DNA of 62,080 bases, counting the filler, from Squatina squatina (taxonomy: Eukaryota): NCBI GenBank assembly GCA_031763465.1. It is 3 parts of 3 records of this genome, joined end to end, with 100 filler letters (N's around TTAATTAATTAA, not from the genome) between each part and the next. Parts side by side here need not be neighbours in the genome. Positions count along the whole stretch, not along the records: positions 1 to 28,894 come from JARFOE010000115.1; 2 more parts are not named here. One strand, 5' to 3'. Below, piece after piece: positions 12,827 through 28,226 of the stretch. The notes beneath the pieces are model-generated. The model was not told where the DNA came from. It saw only the letters and a list, made by a program, of their open reading frames with translations, and made no database searches. The stretch's first letter is position 1, and the number at the start of each line of letters is the position of its first letter. Position numbers and translations under genes: made by a program.

Positions 12827-15800
12827 TTGGGATAGTTCAAAGGATTCAGATTCATCTCCACAATTTTATCACAGCAGCTTATTTTATTTCGGATCGTTAC
12901 CAATTGCTATAACATGCTGAAGGAGAATTTCAGTAACTAAAATGTCAAACGCACTAACAGATGAGGGAATATCTCATTCCCCGTTCCCCACTTTAGCTTC
13001 TCGTTCCCCTTCTTTGAGTCGAGACACATTGGAACCAAACCAATTCGCATCATTCCTAATTGTTTGAATACATTGTCATTTTATCCAATTTATATTAAGT
13101 ATATAAAAGTTAGGATCAAATTCAGACTGTGATTCATGTCTGTTTGAATTAATGCCCATGACTTTCATTAACTAGAAAATATATTTTGGTGAAATATGTT
13201 TGTAAAGATACTGTTAATTAAAGTCACTGACCCACTGAAATTGTGCGCTTTGTGTTCGATCTTGTGTGTAATTGAGTGCTGTGATTGTGCTCTCATAGCA
13301 AGAATGATGCTACCAACAAAAAATTGATAGAATAAATATGTAATGGCACTTTTTAATCAGCATTCCATAAAGGCCATTAAAAAGTTGCTTCTGTTGCTAA
13401 AATAATAGCTTCTGAATTAAAATAAATTCTTCTTAATTTTATCAAACATTTATGGAGGTAATTTTTCTGTACAACAGTAACTGAATTTTGGTTCATTTTT
13501 TTTCTGTTTTGTGTACTTTCAATTAAATCAGTGAGTGTACAGTAAGTGTCATTTAATCAGTGTGTGTACAGNNNNNNNNNNNNNNNNNNNNNNNNNNNNN
13601 NNNNNNNNNNNNNNNNNNNNNNNNNNNNNNNNNNNNNNNNNNNNNNNNNNNNNNNNNNNNNNNNNNNNNNNCTCCTGATTGAGATCAGCGAACACAGCAC
13701 TGACTAGATATAAATATTAGAGTTTGCAGAGGCGTATAAAAACTATCTTTTTGTCTATTGAAAAAAAAATTCTTAAGCTTTCAGACCAGTTAACATAACT
13801 CACGTAGATTTGTGCTATGCATTTTTGAATACTGTACGTTAATTAACAAATGAAACCAGCCACTTTGGAAATTATCTGCAACTAAAAAGATGATATAGAA
13901 TTAAATAATGTGAAAAGTAAACAAATTTAAAGAGGTTGTTAACTTTAAGCAATTTAGTAATCACCTCTTAACCTCTCGAATTGCCAAACACACCATAGAT
14001 ACAAATAATTTGTACCACAAAATCTGGCTTCACCAACATTAGACATCAGGTTAGGGTCAGTGTGACACTGAATCTAGAGTAAACATTAGAATCAATGCCA
14101 AAGAACCTTACTGTATTTCCTAGTAGACCCAGAAAAGGAGAAACAGCAATTATAAATAAAAGCAGTATTAATAAAAAGCTTCAGGGATAAAAGATGGTAA
14201 TTGTTATCAATCCATAATAAAGAGCACCTTTAGTTGTATAGAATGTTTAATGCAATTATATGAAAGCTCTGAATTAGCCAGTGAACCAGGGTAAACAGAA
14301 AATAATTTCTCCTCAGTGATATGCTGCAATACATGCAAGTTCAACAAAATTTACATCTTCTGTAAGAGGATTTTTGTGAGTAAGAATACCAATTAAAAAG
14401 CATTAGCAATCTTCCCTGGAATAATTTAATATAGTGATTTTGAGTAGAATAAAATCTTGGGGTCTCAAACTAAAGGATCCTCATTTTACCAACAATATAA
14501 ATGTTGTTTGTGGGAGCATTTTACCTCAGGATTTAGTCTGATTGAACATGGGATCCAGAGTGGACATGGCATAATTCTTTTGCAGCAATAATTCATTTCC
14601 CAGATGAGTTTTGTACAGTGCACAAATAAATCGATCAGTTTGATACTATTAATCTTTTAAATTTCTAATCAACACTTTTATTTAGCCCATTTTAGAAAGA
14701 AATAGGCATCTAACCAGTAATACATGAATCTTCAATTTAATATCAATTTCTTTGTCCTTCATTTACTTTATCCTTTCCATACTTATCGAAAGAATTTGGC
14801 GGAGGACATGTTTCATTTGGCTTAAGTGTAGCAGAATGATTAATAAAGTCTTCAGCTGTTTTATCTGCGATTAATCTGATTTGTCATGACTCTAGTATAA
14901 TTAATCCCCTGGGATTATACTTGTATAATGAAGATTAATCCCCAGCACAGAGAAAACTCATTTCAAACCTGCTACGGCTGCTCTAAATGTGATAGAGTAA
15001 CTCCTTGAACTTTGCAGAGTGAATCTGTAATGCTTTCACAGATATTTAAATGTGGGAACATTTCAAGCAAGTTCTTAACGTAAATCACAATCTGAAAAGC
15101 AACAAGAAAATCAAAATTATCAATACACTAGCTTCATGAACTGGAAAATTAACAATTGATTTGCAAACTAAAATAACTAGCTGTAGACCGCTTTTGCCAA
15201 AGACATTTAGATAGAGACTAGATGGTTTAAACTTTCATACTGGCTTGCAATACTATTGTCTTGATTCTGTTTAACAAAAAATAACTTTAAATTGGTTTAG
15301 TTGAGAAAAGATGAAGTCTATCTGAAAAGAAAGTTTGAGAGATATTAAAATAATTTATAAATTAAAGTAAATAGTCAAATAATAAATGTTAAAATTCAAT
15401 ATATTGCAAAAAGATAAATCACTAAATGAAAATATATTGGTCCATCCTTAAGGTTCGAATGTTAGATCATGAAGTAATTTCAAGTTGCTTTGATTTTACA
15501 AATAAATTTACCTCATCGCACTTTCAAATCTCTAAAATCAACCAGTTACTCTCATTGGCATGAATAGAGACTCGGCCCCCACCACACCCACCCCCCCTTG
15601 CACCCTGATGTCNNNNNNNNNNNNNNNNNNNNNNNNNNNNNNNNNNNNNNNNNNNNNNNNNNNNNNNNNNNNNNNNNNNNNNNNNNNNNNNNNNNNNNNN
15701 NNNNNNNNNNNNTAGGTTTTGTTTTGTGATGCCAAGAAATTTTCTAAGAGGCCAATTCTGTGTCTTAAGATAATGGTCCAAAACGGGCGCTAAATTTACA

Positions 15801-16339
15801 CCTATTGGTCCAATATAGCCACTGACTATAAAAATGACAATTGGGTGCCCTATATATTGCATTTGCATTAGAATATGAACGATAAATTCATTTAAATAAC
15901 ACAGTGAAAGAACTCCATGTTTTGAAGCATTAAAAGATATTTGCTTCATATCTTCTTCAGCAACACAGTTACTTTCCTCAATCATGTATCCAATATTTAA
16001 ATTCTATTAGATGCCACTAGTCATATTGTAAATAGTTCACCATTGCTTGATCAGATCTCATCACTGATAGCTAGAAAAGCACTCTCCTGAAGATACCAAA
16101 TCATAATTTCACTGGATTAAGTAACCTTATTTATCCAGTGTAGTTGTAACTTGGATAATAATGCTCAAGATACAGATTAAAGTTAGAATGAATGGATTGA
16201 CAGGGTCAAGGTTATTCTTTTGCTTGACAATGCTAACTGAAAAAGATGAAGAACTAAAGAGATTGATGTTGATTGGAAAGGACAGAAATAGATAGAAAGG
16301 AGGTGCTAAACAAGATGCAACAGAAGGCAACACTCTAAT

Positions 16340-16647
16340 TTAACACCCGGCCCAGATGGGATGCATCCTGGGTTGCTGAGGGTGGCAATAACATCCCTAT
16401 TCAAAAAAGGAGGGAGGCAAATAGCAAGTAATTATAGGCCAGTTAGCCTAACATCTGTCTTTGGGAAAATGTTAGAATCCATAATTAAGGAAGTAATAGC
16501 AGGACACTTAGAAGTTCATAATACAATCAAGCAGAGTCAGCACGGCTTTATGAAGGGGAAATCATGTCTGACAAACTTATTAGAGTTCTTTGAGGAAAGT
16601 AATGAGCAGGGTGGATAAAGGGGAAACAGTAGATGTAGTGTATTTGG
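16340..16647 (+). mobile_element. CR1 LINE RT fragment
   Basis: LFKKGGR..SNYRPVSLTSV.GKMLESII...SQHGFMKGKSCLTNLLEFFE. Confidence 0.92.
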
Positions 16648-17017
16648 NNNNNNNNNNNNNNNNNNNNNNNNNNNNNNNNNNNNNNNNNNNNNNNNNNNNN
16701 NNNNNNNNNNNNNNNNNNNNNNNNNNNNNNNNNNNNNNNNNNNNNNNAGCACAAAATTGCAATAAAGAAAACCAAGTAAATGCCATATTGTCACGGACTT
16801 TATTGGTTTCATGAACTAATATCATTTACTCCGTACAATGTCAAGTTTATTTAAAACAAAAATCAACAAAATTAAGTTCACTTTTTATGATTATTTCAAA
16901 TATTGGCTATTTCATTTATTGACCCAGCAAAAGACTAGCTCTAAAACCAACAATACATTCAAAAGGAGCTCCAGGATGGTTACAAAATGACAGAATTGTA
17001 TATATATTTTAAAAAGT

Positions 17018-17272
17018 CTAATCTGGATACAAAAGAAACCCTGTAAATGTACTATCATCATCAGTGCTGGAAAAAATCCCATTCCAGTCTCGAGTTATCA
17101 TCAACCAGATTTCATCATTGGGGTTTAATTTAAGAATAACCATGCCAGATGCCTGATCTATATCTTGGCCGAAAATTGCATCTCTGGTCTTCAGGGTCCG
17201 AGTACCATTTTTTACCAGGCTAACTCTTAAAGGTCTACTTCTCACAGTCAAATGGTATGAAAACAAATAAAC
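17018..17272 (-). CDS. Otolin-1-like gC1q domain, C-terminal half (partial duplicate copy) with stop
   Basis: [49 protein letters not shown]...[23 protein letters not shown]. Minus-strand AATAAA at 16915-16920. Confidence 0.8.
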   Translation of the reverse strand, partial: VYLFSYHLTVRSRPLRVSLVKNGTRTLKTRDAIFGQDIDQASGMVILKLNPNDEIWLMITRDWNGIFSSTDDDSTFTGFLLYPD

Positions 17273-18059
17273 AGCGTGTACTAGAGCTAAGCTATAATAA
17301 ACTGTGGATAGAGTAATCCCAGCAAAATTTCGGAGGCCTGAAATTTAAAATATGGTTTCTGTACCATTTGAAGTTTGTTCCTGGTGTGTGATTAAGTAGA
17401 AATTGTGTAATCACATGAAGCCCTTAAATAACTGCAGCTCAGATTTAAAGAGTACTAAGAGAGACAAAGGGTGGATTTTTGAGGCATTTGCAATCATATG
17501 AGGGAGTCATTGAACAGTGGGAAGGTATTAACAGATTGGAAACAGAATAACAAGATGCAGGCATTAATCTTACTTCAATACTGTGTAAAATAACATTACA
17601 ATTTATTTGGGGCAAATTTTATTCTGTTCAAGTTCAGTAACATGACCCACTGAATTGAATTTGGCATTGAATGACCTTTATAGTTGTCTTATTATGCAAA
17701 TATTAGTTGTACTAATTGAACGAAGCAAATCTGATTCTACCTATTGTTTTGCACATATCACTTTCCTGTGAGATAAAGCAGTGTATGATTCAAACCAAAT
17801 TAATGTTAACTCAGACAACTTTTGGAGAGATTGAAGACAGACACATGCAAAGGACACCAGTACTCAGTCCAGATTGCAAGACAATTCTACTGTTACAGCC
17901 CTGGGTTATGCTATTGTTCAGGTGGATCTAGGGCAGTGTGAGACAACTCCCAGCAAAGTAAAATATGCAGATTACTAACGGGAGTGACTGAAACCATTGA
18001 ACCCTCAACAGTATCTATGGCAAACCTTAATTTGTTATAACAATAAGTTAGTAAACATT

Positions 18060-18195
18060 AGTCAACAGGATCTCAGAAGGGAAAGATCCTGCCTGACTAA
18101 CCTGCTTGGCTTTTTTGAGGAATCAACACCCTAGGTGGACTATGGAAAGTTCTACAACATGGTGTACCTAGATTTTCAAAAAGCATTTGACAAAG
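18060..18195 (+). mobile_element. CR1 LINE RT fragment
   Basis: GRSCLTNLLGFFE...VYLDFQKAFDK. Confidence 0.85.
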
Positions 18196-18295
18196 NNNNN
18201 NNNNNNNNNNNNNNNNNNNNNNNNNNNNNNNNNNNNNNNNNNNNNNNNNNNNNNNNNNNNNNNNNNNNNNNNNNNNNNNNNNNNNNNNNNNNNNN

Positions 18296-19012
<717 letters not shown>

Positions 19013-20419
19013 TTAAGCATATTTTCTGACTATTCACAGTTTATTAGCATATGATATGATAATGATCATTCAGAAACACACTTCAAGAAGAAGAATTTTA
19101 CCTCAAATATAAACAAAAATGTAGTTCATTTATTGTTAGACTTAACACATAATTTAAGCTGAAGTAAAGGAGTAGTAGGATGCTATTTAATTACATGTCT
19201 TGTTTTGTATATTTATTCACATTAATTTGCTGTAATTTTATTTTTCTTATTTATTTTATATGTATGTGATACAAAAAGGATGATCAATGCTGTGCATTTG
19301 TATACATGTCAAAAATTGCATTTGAGGTCTGTAAAATTTAGATAAGTGAAAAAAATTCCAAACAGAAAATACAGCAATCAAACTATCGATACTATCCGGA
19401 AGTAATAATAGGCAGGAAGCAGCAATTAAATGAAAATTAGCAATATAAAATAAGCTTACACTGAACCAAATGTTGTTGTTAAAATGTTCTCTATTACAAT
19501 AGTGCTTGAACAATATTAAACAAGTTAGTCTCCTTTACTTTGCTTAAGGTAAAGGTAATAAACTTTGCAGCATTTTTTTGGCTATTGTTTAGTCTCCAGT
19601 TTCTTGAGTTTTGAGTTTTCCTAAAAAAGTCTCTAGAATGTATGGAAAGTCCAACCTCAGTTTGCATCTCACAAAGTGCCTACCACAGCTTTGTTTCTGG
19701 TTGATATGCAATCTGAAATTATCTTCACCTACCTCACTTTTTGTGTTGTCACCAATATCACTGAATACCAAGACCTAGTGACTAGAACACAGATTATGTT
19801 TCGGCAGGGATTCAGACAGGAAGTTCTCTTTTCTGATGACCTTTTCTGAAAGATGCTTTGACTTGATGAATGCTCATCTGATAGCTTGTAGCTTATGCAA
19901 TTTAGATGCAGAAAATTCACATTTTACTCTCTTCAGTTGTCCTTGCAAACTTTAACAGTCATTTAAACTGAGTCATCATCTTTGAGATTTAAACCCAAGA
20001 TTTGTGGTCTAAACTGTACACAACATGGCACATCCATGGCCTTGAACTATAAATGTGATTGGCTGTACAGTACTTCAATGAGACATTAATCTCTCAGCAC
20101 TATAGTTATATATTTGCAAAAGAAATAGACAGGAGCCCCTTGTGCAAAAACAGAGTATAATTTTGTCATTCATATTGTCATAATCTAGCAGTGACATTAC
20201 AAAACATTACAGTGGATGAGCTGAACAGAAACTAAGTACACAGTCGTGAGTAGAATTTCCACGTTGAGCCACTCCATGTGATATTCAACAGGATTGGGTA
20301 TACTTAGGTAGTTTTTTGATTTCCTGGAAAGAATATGAAAATACAAAACTAGCAGACAAGACCAGCTGATCCATATAGCCTGTCTTGTACAGTCGTGTTG
20401 CATTGAGCATTATTGGAAA

Positions 20420-20763
20420 AAATTCTAAGCGACAGGATAAATCTTCATTTAGAAAGACTCAGATTAATCAAGAACAGTCCACATGAATTTGTTATGGAAG
20501 GCCATGTCTGACTAACTTGATTAAATTTTTTGAGCAGGTAACAAGGCGGGTGGATGAGGGTAGTGTGTTTGATGTAGTCTACGCAGATTTAGCAAGGCTT
20601 TTGATAAGGTCTCACATGACAGACTGGTCATAAAAGTAAAAGCTCATGGGATCCAAGACAAAGTGGCAAGTTGGATCCAAAATTGGCTCAGAGGCAGGAT
20701 GTAAAGGATAATAGTTGATGGGTGTTTTTGTGACTGGAAGGCTGTTTCCAGTGTGGTTCTGCT
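20420..20763 (+). mobile_element. CR1 LINE RT fragment (frameshifted)
   Basis: CLTNLIKFFE...VFDVVY.DF.KAFDKV.H.RL..K.KAHGI. Confidence 0.85.
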
Positions 20764-23023
20764 NNNNNNNNNNNNNNNNNNNNNNNNNNNNNNNNNNNNN
20801 NNNNNNNNNNNNNNNNNNNNNNNNNNNNNNNNNNNNNNNNNNNNNNNNNNNNNNNNNNNNNNNAAACAAAGAATAATGATAAGATTAACTACAATGAGTT
20901 AAGGTTTTACAGATTTAAACTTGGTCAACCTTATTTGCTGATGGTTGCTTCATTCAAATTACAATTTAGATCATTAACAATGGTATCAGTTTTATGTGGG
21001 AACAGTACAGAAAAAGCACAGCGTAACAATATAATCAACCATTTCAAAAAGCAAGTAATGACCATTAACTTTCATTGGTCCTCCTATTCACAAGTGAAAA
21101 GGGAGAAACTAAATCTTTGCCATTTTCCTTTGATCATTGGATTTTTTTGGTCATGGTTCTTGCGATAGAAAACTTTTAGGGGCATTTCAAAGCAATAGTC
21201 TAACTCGAGTATCACTGAGCAGTTCTCGGTTCCATTTGTATAAATTGCATTAACAAGGCATAAACAGAGTCACTGTTGTTTGAGCACTTGGGTACTGTAT
21301 ATCCATGCTAATGCAATATTTTAATGACAAAGGGTTATTTTTCCGTCCATCAGGGTAACCAAAAACCAACAGTTATCCAATAACAACTCAAGTCTTTGTT
21401 ACAAGATGTAACCGAAGTATGTTGTAACTCTGCTCTGTTGGTTGTGTAAAGCCACTGAAACTGAACGTCTGTTGCCTCTTTTACACACAGCAACAGAGTT
21501 TAGTGATTCTGATCACTTCCGAGTACTGTTTAATGTTGGTAAATGTTAAAAGCCTGAGGTTTATTAATGTTAACTGTAATACTACAGCGGTATTCATAAG
21601 ATAACAAGTGGAAACGTTTATAATTCGTAAAAGTCCCAAATTTGTGAACATTACCGCTGATTTTCTACTTTTGAAAGGGAGGTCAACTGAGCAACGCAGG
21701 AAAACTATATCAAAAAGTAAAAGGGAAATAACATTACAGGAGACTTTACAGCCCCGTCAATGGTTGATCGATAACATCGACAATTCCCTATTTGTCTCTG
21801 GAGTTATACCAGGTTTCCCATATTCACAAGTACCGAATGAAAACTAGCAATACTATACCTCAACGTTGTGTCTGCGCAAAATGCGTACATATTTTTAAGA
21901 TTTAAGATTATTTTTAACATAAACTCCTCCCAGTGATAACGTTAAAAGTAAATTACGTAATAGCAGTTGCAAATACTATTCTGGATGCTTTCTGAATGTA
22001 TGTACAATCTCAGAAGCCAAAGGTTGTTTGGCCATTACCATTTAAAAAATAAACCTTAGTGCTAAAGTATATTCAATTTTGAACCAATGCACGTGACCGT
22101 TTTTGTTCCAGTGGGGGAAACACCAATGCTAGCAGTAATGATTGGTGACATACCTTTTTGTTGTGTTTTCTTTACCGTTTATTCCAATCTTTCAGGACCA
22201 GTTCAACTAAAGGAAATTTATGCTCCCCATTCTCAGATTTATTATTTCCTTTAGGCCACAACCAGTGATAATGCATGTAGTAATGTGGGCACATTATAGC
22301 AATCTGGTGTGTATGTTTCCTATGTTGGAAAGATCGATTACAGCTCCAGACTTAACGTCTATTTGCATGCATGCAAAATTATCTAAATAGGAAAATGTTA
22401 TTAAATTTGTCATTTATCTCATTATGAATTTGTTTTGGTAGCTGCATAAGTTTTTTAATATTTTTGTGAAATATACTGCACCACATGAAGTATAAAACTT
22501 GGCTTGAAGTCATGGTGCAAACAACAAAATGAACCATCCAGAGCCTGCGTATACATAAATAATGTATTTGTCTGTTATTGTTTATGGTTACATGCAGTAT
22601 AAGTGAAATAAGTTCAATAGAATGTCCCTTTAATCGCATTTATATTGTGAAAGCTGAAANNNNNNNNNNCAGGATGCTGTGTAGTGCCCTGCAGATTCAC
22701 TGTGGATCTTGGTTCTCCCCTCTGAATGAAGACATGTCAAATCCAAACTAATCAGGCATTTGCATTTTTGGGCTCCCATGGTGGCAGCTTCATTTTTTAA
22801 CAAGGAGACCCTCTACTCTCTAAAATAGATACAAACCCCTGACACCAAAGTGCATGTGGTGAGGAATGCTTGTCTCCCTATCCCTGCACATATAAATCAA
22901 TAGAAACATGGAAAAATAGGTGCNNNNNNNNNNNNNNNNNNNNNNNNNNNNNNNNNNNNNNNNNNNNNNNNNNNNNNNNNNNNNNNNNNNNNNNNNNNNN
23001 NNNNNNNNNNNNNNNNNNNNNNN

Positions 23024-23536
23024 GTTTCCAGTCCACTTTGCCTAAATCACATCTCAGCTTAGTAAAAATAGCTTTTCCCCAATGAGAACTTTTATCCCCA
23101 GTCTGTCTTTGTCCTTTTCCATAACTACCCTAAATCTAACTGAATTACCACCAAAATGCTCTCCCACTGATGGCCCTTCCACTTGCTCAGCTTCATTCCC
23201 TAAAACAAAGTCCAGAACCGCCCCTCTCTTGTTGGGCTCGCTATATACTGGCTAAAAAAGTTCTCCTGAATGCATGTTAAAAAGGTATTGAGGGAGCAAC
23301 ATACCATCCTGGAATTATGCATGCGGTCGCAGAAGCGCCTATCTGTCCCCCTAACTATTGAAGTCCCTATCACTATTGCTCTTCCATTCTTCTTCATCCG
23401 CTCCCCTACCCCCCGGGTGCAGTTGAGCCATCCATGGTGCCGTGGACTTGGCTCTGGCTGCACTTCCTAGAGGAACGCTCGCCTTCACCAGTATCCCAAT
23501 CTGAAAACTGGCTAGCGAGTGAGATGGACTCGGGAG
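23024..23536 (-). mobile_element. CR1 LINE fragments (endonuclease region plus ORF1 esterase-like part)
   Basis: RAIVIGTSIVRGTDRRFC..SRMVCC (CR1 ORF1 SGNH-like) joined by deletion to FL.CIQENFFSQYI.SPTRE. Confidence 0.8.
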
Positions 23537-26500
23537 NNNNNNNNNNNNNNNNNNNNNNNNNNNNNNNNNNNNNNNNNNNNNNNNNNNNNNNNNNNNNNNN
23601 NNNNNNNNNNNNNNNNNNNNNNNNNNNNNNNNNNNNCAGGTCCTCAAGACAGAGCATGGGCATTGCCAACAGAGCTGTCTTCCTGAGGGTGCATGGTGCC
23701 ATCGGTTATGTCTGCCAAGCACAGCAGTTGACAAGACAAACCCAGCTCACTCACCAACGATCTATCATTTGACCGACTTAAGCATTGCTTGTCTCCGAAA
23801 CGTACCCCTCATCCCACTTCCGTTAATACTGGTGTCGGGATTCAGCTTTTTAACTCTTCAACTTCCCACCCGACCCTAACACCCATTTTTGGGAGTTAAA
23901 ATTCCCCTAATGACTCAAAGATCAATCTGCCCAAAAGTGAGTTTATCATAGAATTAAAATCATTTACTCATTCAGTACATCACATATATCTTATTAAAGC
24001 TAGTAAGATACATATTCATAATGATGTCTCTGATACATCATGTCATACTATAATACTTAACCAATAGCATTGAATCGCATTGAATCAATAAATGAAATAA
24101 ATCTCAACTCTACAACAAGATTTAACTATTTCTGGCTAAAACTGACAGTGTAGTTGGAGGTATCTCAGGCTACAATGTGTTTACTCAGTACATGCAGGCA
24201 GAAATAAACATTTTTCTCTCCATTCCAATCATAAACCATCTACTTCTGTATGCAGACTCACAGGCACAAATGCAAAAAACTGATAAGGTTCTACTAACCT
24301 TCCCACGCCCCCACCCCAGAATATTAGTGCTAATTTGATCTTGTGAAAGACATTTATGGCAGGTATCTAAACTATTCTCATATTGAACTATATTACTGTC
24401 ATATTTTTCTATTGTTTCAGCAAGAAATCACTGGTATATATCTTTTATAGGCCTACTGCAGTATGGTGGTACTATTGGTGCTCAAGGGGGAAAATCTGAA
24501 GAATATTAGGATGCCATCTGTGGTTACCACTAATACAAGAACATCTAGGTACCATACCTTATTGCTAGCAAATATATGGATACGATTACCACAAATATAC
24601 TGGTTTTGTTCTGGGCAGAGGGTATTTTGATGGTCTAATTGAGGAGGTTTTAATTGAGTTTGTGAACTTTGTACTGCCTTAAAACAAGACAGATGCACCA
24701 AAATATTGTATTTGTGTCTTGGTGTAAAATGAATGTTGCAGCAAATTTCTTATTTGTAAGCATTTCAAAATTTGGACATGTCTATAATTCCTCCACCCAA
24801 AATTTACCAAAACAAAGTCAGGGTTTGAGATATAAAAATAATCTCCCTGCAAGAGAATGAGGTGCAGTGAGTTAGACTATGATAGGATGCATCTCTTCCT
24901 GCATATGAGTTTCTGTAGTAGCAACCCAATTAGTATGTATGTTAACTCACAACATAAAANNNNNNNNNNNNNNNNNNNNNNNNNNNNNNNNNNNNNNNNN
25001 NNNNNNNNNNNNNNNNNNNNNNNNNNNNNNNNNNNNNNNNNNNNNNNNNNNNNNNNNNNCACCCAACCATTAACCTGTCTTTTCTTCTTTCAGATATTGA
25101 TCAACTTGTTACACATTTCACGTACTTGATGCTTTTAAAGACTTGAAACACATGAGGCTAGAAATTATGGCTGGCAGTAATAGTGAACACTTAAACCTAT
25201 TCCTATGACATTCCTCTTCCTGCTATTTTAACGGAGGAGAGAATCTAATTAGAATAAGTGATTAATCTGATAGGTTGACAGCCACCAATTCTGCCCTTGA
25301 ACTGATCTAATTGATTGACAACTCAGTTAAAACTCAGTGAAAAAGAGCAGGCTTTTTCTCGTGAAATGCTGACACATGGGTTGTAATGCCAACTGTCAGT
25401 TTAAAACACTGGATTGGGAGGTTGATTTTAGCACAAGTATCTTTTTGTGGTTTTGAGGAAGATCTTGAAAAACTTATCCATGAACCTAACGGTGTTGCTA
25501 TGAAGAGAATGTTCTTTTTTATTTTCATAGACGTTTGTGACATTTTACTTATCAGACATCTTGTCGGTTCAGCTATGCAATGTATTGTTTTGGGGTTAAC
25601 AGCATTTGGTGCTAGTCCCTGAAAAATGTTTTATGTATTTGGTTTTAAGTCTTCACATGCAACTGTAAATTGTTCTTTCAATGGCGGTTCTTTGTGTGAT
25701 TGTGTGGACTTTTTACACACTCAGAAATGTGAACAGTAATTAAGGGAAGTACTCAGAAATATTGCTCAGATGTAACTAATCCAAAAAAATAATATTTTAC
25801 TGCTATAGTTGTGAGCAGCAGAAGAAATTAAAAGCCAGTGATCCATATAGTTTGCTAGCTGCTTTGCTGAGGCATGTCTCATGCATTTATATGGTACTAT
25901 TTATCAGGGTGCCCCTGTTGCAGCGAGATTAAACATAGCCATAAGGTAAATGAATATTTGAATTTATGGGGCTAGCTCTGTAGTCTGAGCACAAATTTTT
26001 TCTGGCTTGGTTTTGATGCTCTCTAAATATCCAGCATCATTGACTTCACTCAACATCTAACTGACAATTATTTGACTTTTTGTAGTGCACAAATAGCATT
26101 TTTTTCTTATCAAAATGACAAATTTTGGATAGGTAAATATCTATGGAGCACTAAAGCACGCTGGCTCAGTTATGGCAGAAATTCACACACTTGTGCTGTT
26201 AATAATTTTAATTTCTTGGAAATCCTTACCAAAGGAAAGCAAAATGCATTATGTTTATAGAACAAGTTAATTTATTATTACCATAATAATTAAGAACCAA
26301 ATATATTTTTTCTCATTACTTAATCTCATATTGAACTTTTTATTTAGTACTTCACTTAAAAAGTGTGTAAGAAAATATACTGATGTGATTAAAATTGTTC
26401 TGCAAATTTGTACAAATCGGGTAACCTCAAAATGTCATTTTATTGGGATAAGTGGCTTACTGTTATTACTATTACAAAGTTCGGCTCACTTGACAATAAT

Positions 26501-27082
26501 GGTTTGCAGATTTGATGATGTCTCATCAAAAGAGAGAATATTTTAAAATGCAGAATAGTGTAACTTTAATAACTTTCTCTCTGACAAAACATTTCAAACC
26601 AGAACACGTGCAGCCATCAGAGACAATTTTGCAAAAGAAAAAAAAACAAGCACCTCTTCTCAGCCAGCCCCCTTGTGTTGTTTATTCTTTTGCTCATTAC
26701 TGTCGCAGCGTGACTCTGCGCTGAAACCCCAGGCCTGCGAAGGTGTCCGACAGGGAAAAATGGGAGTTTAGGGAATGTCGACTGTGAGCCAGATTGAAAG
26801 GCTGCTGAGATCAGGTATCTAGGTCAGTGCGGAGAGCTGCAATATCTGCAGAGCTCTCTGGGATAAACCAGATTGAAATTGCTTTTGTTAGAGGTATTAA
26901 AATTTATGAAGGGATGGGACAGAGCGGAGACTGTTTCCAGTGGTTGAGGGGTCTAGATTGAGGGGACATAGATAAAGATCAAATATAATAGATCCAGGAA
27001 AGAGAGGAAACAGTTGCACACACGCTGTGGAATGTTAGTGGTTGGAAAAAGAAAAAAAAACCCTCCCTTGCTCTTCTTTGTG

Positions 27083-27161
27083 CCAGCTGTGTCTCAGTGG
27101 GTAGTACCCTCGCCTCGGAGTCCGAAGGACTTGAGCACATAAATCTAGGCTGACACTCCAG
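27083..27161 (+). mobile_element. tRNA-derived Deu-type SINE 5' part (related pieces at ~8358-8460, ~27683-27790, ~51310-51380)
   Basis: A-box-like gtctcagtgggtag followed by gacttgagcacataaatctaggctgacactccag. Confidence 0.6.
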
Positions 27162-28067
27162 NNNNNNNNNNNNNNNNNNNNNNNNNNNNNNNNNNNNNNN
27201 NNNNNNNNNNNNNNNNNNNNNNNNNNNNNNNNNNNNNNNNNNNNNNNNNNNNNNNNNNNNNTGAACTTGTAATTAGATCATAGGACTGGTAAAAGAAAGT
27301 TCTGCTCAAGCACTTCAACACACAATGGCCCGTGATTTGTCATTTTTAGAAATGAACTGAATAACTACTACAATTTAAAATGTTAGTGTTTTCTGCAAGA
27401 AACTAAAGTATGGTGCCGAATAGCTATGTGAACTATCAGCATCAAGGTTAATAGCTGTTAAACCAGGCAGTGTGATGAATTACTGCAAGGAGTGAGGATG
27501 CCATATCAATTCAGCGTGAAAAACCAGAATATTACGATGAGTTAGTGTCAGAAGTGTAGAGCTGCATATCATGACTTTCTACATCAAAGTGGAATGTCAA
27601 AGTGAATCACGGTTTCTGTGTAAGAAACAGCTTGAATCATTTTAGAAGGAATGGAAAATGGACACCCATCCATGTGTGAGATGTCAGCTTTGCTCAGTCG
27701 GTAGCACTCTTGCTTCCGAATCATAAGGACATGGGTCAAAGCCCATTTCAGCACATAATCTAGTCTGATGCTTCAGTGCAGTAGTGCTGTGTTATACATA
27801 GAAATACAAAGTGGTTACAACATGGAAATGGGCCATTCGATCCAACCAATCAGTGTCAACATTTACCTTCCATGCGAGCAAATAGTCCTTTACCTGCCTT
27901 GTTCCCTTATTTTTTTATCTCCATTTCCACCTCCTTTCCAATATAATCTGGATTGTTCACATAGTTTCTACCTCAATCATTAACCCTGCAAATTAATTTC
28001 ACAGCCTCACAACTTTCTGGGTAAAAATGTTCCTCTTGTTCTCTGTTCTGAATCTCACTTTATCATG

Positions 28068-28226
28068 CAAAAGCAAAATACTGTGGATGCTGGAAATCTA
28101 AATTCAAAACAGAAAAGGCTAGAAATCCTCAGTAGGTCAGGCAGCATCGGTGGAGAGAGAAACAGAGTTAACGTTTCAGGTCGATGACCCTTCGTCAGAA
28201 CTGGAAAAAGTTAGAGATGTAACAGG
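28068..28226. mobile_element. Penelope-type terminal repeat fragment (second copy 37926-38012)
   Basis: Shared ctcag.aggtcaggcagcatc.gtggagaga.aaacagagt.aacgtttc.ggtcgatgaccctt between the two sites. Confidence 0.65.

Noticed and set aside
22196-22254. Strong acceptor followed by a short frame (PVQLKEIYAPHSQIYYFL*)
   Set aside because: Too short and unsupported by any homology I can recognise.
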